Below, one piece after another: positions 56,510-64,000 of a stretch of 64,000 nt of DNA. Numbering within the stretch: position 1 is the stretch's first letter; each line of letters begins with the position of its first letter. The notes beneath the pieces are model-generated. The model did no database searches and was not told where the DNA came from. It saw nothing but the letters and a program-made list of their open reading frames with translations. A program made the position numbers and the translations under genes. Origin of the DNA: Octopus vulgaris (lineage: Eukaryota); contig OX597838.1 of NCBI GenBank assembly GCA_951406725.2, positions 11,408,001 to 11,472,000 on the forward strand, read 5' to 3'.

Positions 56510-56626
56510 CCGTCTATATACAAGGCTATATAGTAGAAGACACTTGCTCAAGGTGCCACGCAGCGGGACTGAACCCGGAACCATGTAGTTGGTAAACAAG
56601 CTACTTACCACACAGCCACTCCTGCG

Positions 56627-56694
<68 letters not shown>

Positions 56695-57143
56695 CATATG
56701 TGGTAATATATATATGTATGTGAGAACTGATGCTAAGAGATTTACGAACAACTGAGGCCCCTGAACCAGTCAGCCTGAACCAACGCTGCGGTGCCTTACC
56801 TCACGGCAGGAGACAAGAATGGCTGGAGAGTTTAATGACATCTACATAACTACCTATATGAGCGAACGTGTGTGTGTGTTTGTGTGTACAAAGGACGGCA
56901 AATGTGGATATGGAAGTAACTGTATTTGAGTACTGACAAACCCTAAAGTTTTACATTATTGAGTGTTTTATTCTCTTTCTTATTCTTATTTTTCTTAATT
57001 ACTCGATGTCTTTATATATAACTTTGCAACGGAATCTGTTCCTCACCATTCCTGCCTATCGGCTTAAATTTACGGTTACTAACAATGCCGTGTATTAAAT
57101 CCTAACGAATCAAAATTCATTTAACGAGATACCTCTGATTACA

Positions 57144-57224
57144 CCACCTGAAGAGACGCTTCTGCACTAGAGGATACACCACGCGTGGGGTCGATGCAGG
57201 ATACGTCGAAACGATCGTTATGGG
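57144..57224 (+). ncRNA. Hammerhead motif, slightly degenerate
   Basis: CCAC-CUGAAGA-GACG...CGUC-GAAAC-GAUC-GUU-AUGG; palindromic ACGAUCGU. Confidence 0.65.
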
Positions 57225-57329
57225 CAATAAAGTTTCACGTGTATTCCATTTTCTGTGTCATTTCTTTTACACACACACACACACACGCACGTGCATACTC
57301 ACATACACACATATGTGAGTGTGCGCGTG

Positions 57330-57380
<51 letters not shown>

Positions 57381-57509
57381 CTAGCTAGATAGATAGATAG
57401 ATAGATAGACAGACATACTATCTCTCTCTATATATTTCTTTACTACCCACAAGGGGCTAAACACAGAGGGGGCAAACAACCGGATTAAGTCGTTTACATC
57501 GATAGTGCG

Positions 57510-57545
<36 letters not shown>

Positions 57546-57650
57546 AAGCATACTATCTCTCTATATAGGCGTAGGAATGGCTGTGTGGTAGCTTGCTTAC
57601 CAACCACATGGTTCCGTAATATAATATGTGACAATTATTCAGTTGCCATA

Positions 57651-57797
57651 ATAAAACTCCGAGTTTCGGATGTCGGGTCGGAAACCTGCACCGGCATCTC
57701 TTCAGTTATCGAGGCAATGAAGACATTTTGATTGCCTCGATAACTGAAGAGATGCCGGTGCAGGTTTCCGCCCGACATCCGAAACTCGGTGTTTTAT
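57651..57797. repeat. About 68-bp inverted repeat; each arm holds a hammerhead-like motif
   Basis: 57651-57718 vs 57731-57797; AUAA-CUGAAGA-GAUG..CAUCC-GAAAC..GUU-UUAU. Confidence 0.8.
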
Positions 57798-58624
57798 ATA
57801 ATATGTGGAATTTGACGATTTAAAAGTCTGTTATCAGCATATTGGCATGGAAATAATTTTCTTTTGCCCTTGCTTATAAGTTGTTGATATATATATATAT
57901 ATATATATAATGTATATATATATAAAAAATTAAAATTTCCATGGGTATGAGTAAGTATTTCATTTATGTTTTACGTATTTATCGCTGACGAGTGGAAAAT
58001 TCTTATGAATTAACCCCGAAATTGGGACCAATACGGTAATAACGGAATTTTTTTAGAAATTTCTTTCAGCTTGTTTCGAGACGCATAAATTATAAATGGT
58101 TATTGACAATTTTGTCTTTTTTTTTCGGCATATTTGGCATTAGAATTTTCCTTTTGCCCTTATTTTATAAGTATTTATATATATGTATATCAATTTGTAT
58201 ACACACACAAAGCTGTCTATCTAACATATTATTCCATTTTATTTTTATCCATAGCTTTTCTTCTTCACTCCAGTTATAATAATTAGTGCAATGAAAATTG
58301 TTGATATTCCTGTCTATAACTGCTACTGCTGTTGTTGTTGTTGCTGTTGCTGTTGTAGGTATAATATTCAACAATATTGTTTAGTAGTTTTATTTATCTA
58401 TGACTTGTCAACCAGGATTGAACAGAACAATGCATTCTTTCTCTCTTCACCTCTCTCTCTATATATATATATCACTCCCTCTCTCCCACTTTCTTAGGTG
58501 TAAAATCACCTGACGCAATCACAATTAACGAGCCGTGACAACGGATCGCTAAGTCAATGTTCGATGTTTTAGCTTCGTGATATAGTTTAGGCGGCACACA
58601 CAATACACAATAAACATAATACGC

Positions 58625-59247
58625 ATATAATCACACACATACATACATACATAGAATCACATTCATACATACATACATACATAGAATCACATTCATACAT
58701 ACATACATACAATCACATTCATACAATCACATTCATACATACATACAATCACATTCATACATACATACATAAATACATACAATCACATTCATACATACAT
58801 ACATACAATCACATTCATACATACATACAATACATACAATCACATTCATACATACATACATACAATCACATTCATACATACATAAATACATACAATCACA
58901 TTCATACATAAATACATACAATCACATTCATACATACATACATACAATCACATTCATACATACATACATACATACAATCACATTCATACATACATACATA
59001 CAATCACATTCATACATACATACAATCACATTCATACATTCATACAATCACATTCATACATACATACATACAATCACATTCATACAATACATTCATACAT
59101 ACATACATACATACATACAATCACATTCATACATACATACATAAATACATACAATCACATTCATACATACATACATACAATCACATTCATACATACATAC
59201 ATACAATCACATTCATACATACATACAATCACATTTATACATACATA
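58625..59247. repeat. Minisatellite of AATCACATT + variable (CATA)n units
   Basis: Repeated unit directly visible. Confidence 0.9.
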
Positions 59248-59479
59248 TGGATATCTATATACACATGCATTTACATACACATATAAAACACATGCATACA
59301 TACATACATATATATATATATATATGTAATTTTGTGTGTGTATGTGGGTGTGCATGTATTATGTGTACCACCCAGATATATACTATAGACGCATGAACAA
59401 ATACAAACACACACACACATACATACAAGCAAAAACACTCATAGACACACACACACATATATATATATATATTTATATA

Positions 59480-60300
59480 CAGACGTGACAGAAGTAAATG
59501 GACACCCTTATAATCATTAAAATTTATTTAAATCTGAAATTATGCATTCAAATTACTTATTAATTGTTATAATGTGAATATTTGATATTTAGTAGACATG
59601 CCCTTAGCATTTTTCAATGCAAGGACCTTATTAGGCATGTTACTGATCAGATGATGGATATTCTCTGGCAGAATTCCTTGTCAAGTTTCATGTAGTAATC
59701 TGGATTTGAAGATGCTTTCTTGTCCTTTTTATGAAGTGTCCTGTCCATTATGTCCCAGAGATGTTCCATAGGGTTCATACTTGGTGACTAACTTGGCAAC
59801 GGAAGCTTTTTTTAATGTTATTCTCATCCAAAGGATCATTTTAGCCGTGCGATAAGGAGCCCCATCTTCCATAAATAAAGAGTCTTCCTTAATCATTTCA
59901 CTACTGGAGAAAATTGGAAAGACTCCTTTCTGCAATATGGACACATATTTATCTGAGTTTATGCTTCCCTCACATTCCACCAGTTCTGATCAACCATTGC
60001 ACCAAATTGCTCGCTCTGATCACAGAATAGCTGCCGTTTTACATTGTTGGCTGCAATCGTTTCATACCAAATTCTTGATCACAGAGTCTCCAGACCCACA
60101 CACGACCATTGTCAGGAAATACAACAAATCTGGGCTCATCAGAGAATATGACAGTGTGCCAAAATACTAGAGGCCTTTCTACCATGTCACTGGCCCAATG
60201 TTTTTTCCGCTTGATGTTGGCTGATTGAAGTGGCTCCCTTATCGCTGCTCTGCTATAGTAGCCAAATTTGTGGAGATATCCGACAGCTGTTCTGGGACTG
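59480..60300 (-). mobile_element. Tc1-like transposon, 3' half
   Basis: VIFSDEPRF and INSDKYVSIL...FMEDGAPY motifs; terminus TA|CAGACGTGACAGAAGTAAATGGACACC. Confidence 0.8.
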
Positions 60301-60307
60301 ACACCAA

Positions 60308-60865
60308 GGAATTTCTAGTCGATTCTGGAGCGTCCTGCAGTATCCGACTGTCTAAATTTGTTGAAGAAAAACTTTTCGCTTCTGACATATCTCTTTAGGC
60401 AGTCAACAGCTCTCCTATCAAAACTTTTACTCGCATCCTAGACGTTTACCACCTGAAAACTCAAAGCTGCTAAAGCTGAGTTCAGCCACATGCTCCAGCT
60501 TGGAATTATTTGCCCTTCAATGAGTAGCTGGTCATTACCACTCCATTTAGTGAAAAAGAAATCTCGTGATTTTAGACCTACTGGAGACTATAGACGAATC
60601 AATGCTATTACCACTTCAGATAGGTATCCTATACCACTTCTACAAGATTTTGCATCCTCTCTGCATGGTTGCACTATTTTCTCAAAAATAGATTTGATAC
60701 GAGCATTCCATCAGATTCATATAAACCCAAATGATATTCCAAAAACGGCTATTGCAACTCCATTCGGGTCATTTGAATTTCTTACCATGCCTTTTGGGTT
60801 AAAGAACGCCGCCAGTACTTTTCAACTTTTCAACGTTTCATTGATGAAGTAGTACGTGGATTAGA
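60308..60865 (+). pseudogene. Ty3/Gypsy pol fragment (protease + RT)
   Basis: FLVDSGASCS; SSWSLPLHLVKKK, DYRRIN, FSKIDL, KTAIATPFG, MPFGLKNAASTFQ. Confidence 0.9.
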
Positions 60866-61192
60866 GAAGAAAGTAAGGTTTCGGCTTTATTCTAACCCCT
60901 TCCTTAAATCCCTAAATGACTATATGACCAGCATTAAACAATCACCCAATGTACACACCCTCGCAAACAAAACAAAGAACATTTATGAAATAAATACTTC
61001 CACACTCTCAAGACTTCTTACAAATGCCATCACCAAAACATACAAGGAGACCCATAATTCCATTTACAATGACATAAATACAGAAGCAAAGGAGCTTGCC
61101 ACCCACCTTGATATACAGGATCGCATGGACTGCCTCACCACACGACCACATCCCCCTCTATTACACTTAAGGACCATAAGCCTAACTTCCAT
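60866..61192 (+). pseudogene. Penelope-like element RT N-terminal fragment
   Basis: ANKTKNIYE...LLTNAITKTYK...INTEAKELATHLDIQDRM, then frameshifted ITLKDHKPNF, recalled from PLE RT proteins. Confidence 0.65.
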
Positions 61193-62536
61193 TACATAAT
61201 GGTAATAGAAGACCTTGCAATTTGTGTGCAATGTAAGCAATGAAAATCTTTCTTGCTCATGATTAAATCATTATAGGAAATCTGACATTATATTAGTGTG
61301 TAAGCAAAAGACAGGCAAGAAACATCTAAATGTGCACCTAAATGGATGATCTTTCTATATTATTATCAAATGGAATGGAATAATGACATCACACACACAC
61401 ACACACACATTGAATTATAAGATATATATGTATGCCATTGATGTTCTCATTTTTTTAAATGAATAAATAATCCAACAATCTAATATCCAAAAGTTAATGA
61501 ACAAACTAAATTTGTTTCTCCATTTTCTTATTTGTAATATAAATTTACGGTAAAAATATTTCTTTACCTTCACCCGTTTAAGACAATAAATGAGTTAATT
61601 GCATTGCAATTAAAAACATTTATGTGTTAAGAATCTGGGTAATTTACCAACAGTATATTGGATAAATGATATCCCATAGTGGGTTACACCCATAACCCCT
61701 ATCTTACTTTGTACTATATATATACATATATACTTATACTTTTACATAGACAGACAGATGAGTGTATATACCTATTCACACATGGAAAAATACAAAGATA
61801 TATAAAATATTTTATTTCGATGAATACTGTAAAGAAAAAAAGTTATTTGTATTTGTTGAGCAAAAGTATCCTTCAATGGAAGAACAAGCATATTTGACAC
61901 ACACACACACATCAATTTTTCCATTCTAGCATGGGTTAGAAGAATATATTGTTGAGGCAATATTTTCACTCAGCTGCTTTTCCTATCAGTAACCTTTACC
62001 TGTTTTTCAAGGGACCTATTACTCTACATGTAATAGTGCAAGTGCATGCATATACAGCTGCGTACGTGCACACTCGAGTACTGTCCAAATCTCCGACCAA
62101 CCACATACAGCTAGCTGGCATTCAATTGGCGTATCAAGTTTTGGGCATTTTGATTGGGTTTTGGATAGAAAATTCACAAAAAGTCACTTCTATTGATTTT
62201 TTAATGGCTTTGCAGGGTGACTGGGTAAATGTAAAGATGTGCACGACCACCCTTGGACGGTTTTGAATGACCATAGAAAGTGTGAGCCCTCTAACTGAAA
62301 AATTGTGGATTTGTATAAAGGACACACACACAGACAGACATTTTGCCGTTAACATATATATATATATATAAAGTGAGATAGGGGTTATGAGTGTAACCCA
62401 CAATGGGATATCATTTATCCAATATACTGCCAGCGGAGTACCCAGAAAGGCTAATACATAAATGCTAAGAATTGCAATGCAATTAATTCATTTATTGTAT
62501 TATATGGGCGAAGGTAAAATGTTTTACCTCAAATTC

Positions 62537-62849
62537 ATAATACAAAATTAGAAAATGGAGGAATAGATTTCTTTCAATCATCAACTACTAGATAATATCA
62601 ATTCATATAATTTATTAACTAATTATTTAGGAACATCCAGATCAAACAGAATAATACAGAATAAAGCAGTACACATCAATAAGTAAGATAATACCATAAG
62701 AACAATGCATATAAATATAAAATGGATCTTACAGCTGTTTCAGCCTGTAGATAAGAGTATCTCATTATGCTCATATTAGTCAGATGTATTGAGGTGATAT
62801 GTATATTCTAGTATATAGATCTGATTAACTGTAACCTTATGTGTATGTA

Positions 62850-62885
<36 letters not shown>

Positions 62886-63354
62886 GTATATACTTATATA
62901 TATGTATATGTAGGTGTATATACACTTATATGTATATGTATATATGTATATGTACTTATTCTTGTATATGTGTACCTTCTCTAATATTCATATTTGCACT
63001 TTTATATCTTCATTTTATACCTTTATAATTGTACTTTATAATCTCTGACGAGACATTGAGATATATATATAAGTAACTCATTTATAACTGCATATCACCT
63101 CAATACATCTGACTAATATGAGCATAATGAGATACTCTTATCTACAGGCTGAAACAGCTGTAAGATCCATTCTATATTTATATATATTTTCTTATGGTAT
63201 TATCTTACTTATTGATGTGTACTGCTTTATTCTGTATTATTCTGTTTGATCTGGATGTTCCTAAATAATTAGTTAATAAATTATATGAATTGGTATTATC
63301 TAGTAGTTGATGATTGAAAGAAATCTATTCCTCCATTTTCTAATTTTGTATTAT
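62537..63354. repeat. About 265-bp inverted repeat (PLE pLTR-like)
   Basis: 62537-62801 vs 63091-63354, near-identical, ending at (TA)n. Confidence 0.9.
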
Positions 63355-63951
63355 ATATATATATATACATAATGGGTTGGGCTTCTTTCAGTTTCTGTCT
63401 GCAGAATTTACTCAGTAGAAGATGCTGTGCAGTAAGACTGAACCTGAAACCACATGGTTAAGTGATTGAGAAGTAAACTGCTTATCCACAGTCATATTTG
63501 TGCCCAATGTGTGTGTGTGTGTATGTGTGTGCGTGAGAGAGAGGGGGGAGTGGGTGTTTGTATGCCTATAGTCATGATCATTGTTGTCATGACTACCAGC
63601 ATCACCACCACCATCACTACCACCATCTTTATTTAACTATTACTATCACTACCACCGTTACTACCAACTCAAGATGTCACCATCATTATCACAATCATCG
63701 TCGCCACCAGCGATACAGTGGTAGCTGTACACACTCAGTAAAGCCCCCTGTGGAAACAGTGAACCCCAAAAACAGTTAACACTTCTGTAAATGTCGGTAA
63801 GACACTGCAGAATCCAAAAATGAACCAATAGAAGAAGACAATACTCGACTGGAGGATGAAGGAAGCTGAGACGATAGCACCAATGCCATGGGTTATGGCA
63901 GCTGAAATTGGATGAGTTAAGGTCAAAAGGTGCAAATTCTGGAGATTAAAT

Positions 63952-63995
<44 letters not shown>

Positions 63996-64000
63996 ACACA

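Noticed and set aside
58625-59247. CRISPR-like array
   Set aside because: Spacers are (CATA)n rather than unique sequence, the context is eukaryotic and there are no cas genes.

Overview
AT-rich, microsatellite-dense animal genomic DNA, most likely octopus/coleoid cephalopod (inferred from repeat types, not proven). Almost all ORFs in the supplied track are microsatellite artefacts. One host gene can be assembled on the minus strand: an ovo/Ovol (shavenbaby-like) transcription factor. It has three phase-compatible coding exons: 15281-14930 (SNAG-like MPKSLLVRR), 7597-7395 and 2409-2307 (VNGGSGFRNPL motif). Its zinc-finger exons must lie left of the window, and candidate upstream exons/promoters lie near 34.1 kb and 55.3 kb. 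The rest is transposon-derived: several tRNA-derived SINE families, RTE/CR1/Dong-R4 LINE remnants, Helitrons, mariner/Tc1/hAT/Merlin-like elements, a Gypsy fragment and Penelope-like (PLE) fragments. The most notable observations are: (1) two inverted Helitron copies tightly bracket ovo exons 2-3, predicting a 306-nt stop-free circRNA or an in-frame double skip; (2) more than a dozen hammerhead-ribozyme-like motifs sit in (TA)n-associated fold-back PLE-type elements, some with repeated non-canonical cores; (3) a possible SNAG-less alternative N-terminus and clustered Ovo-type sites at a candidate promoter. All of this was read by eye; no alignment, folding or expression data were used.
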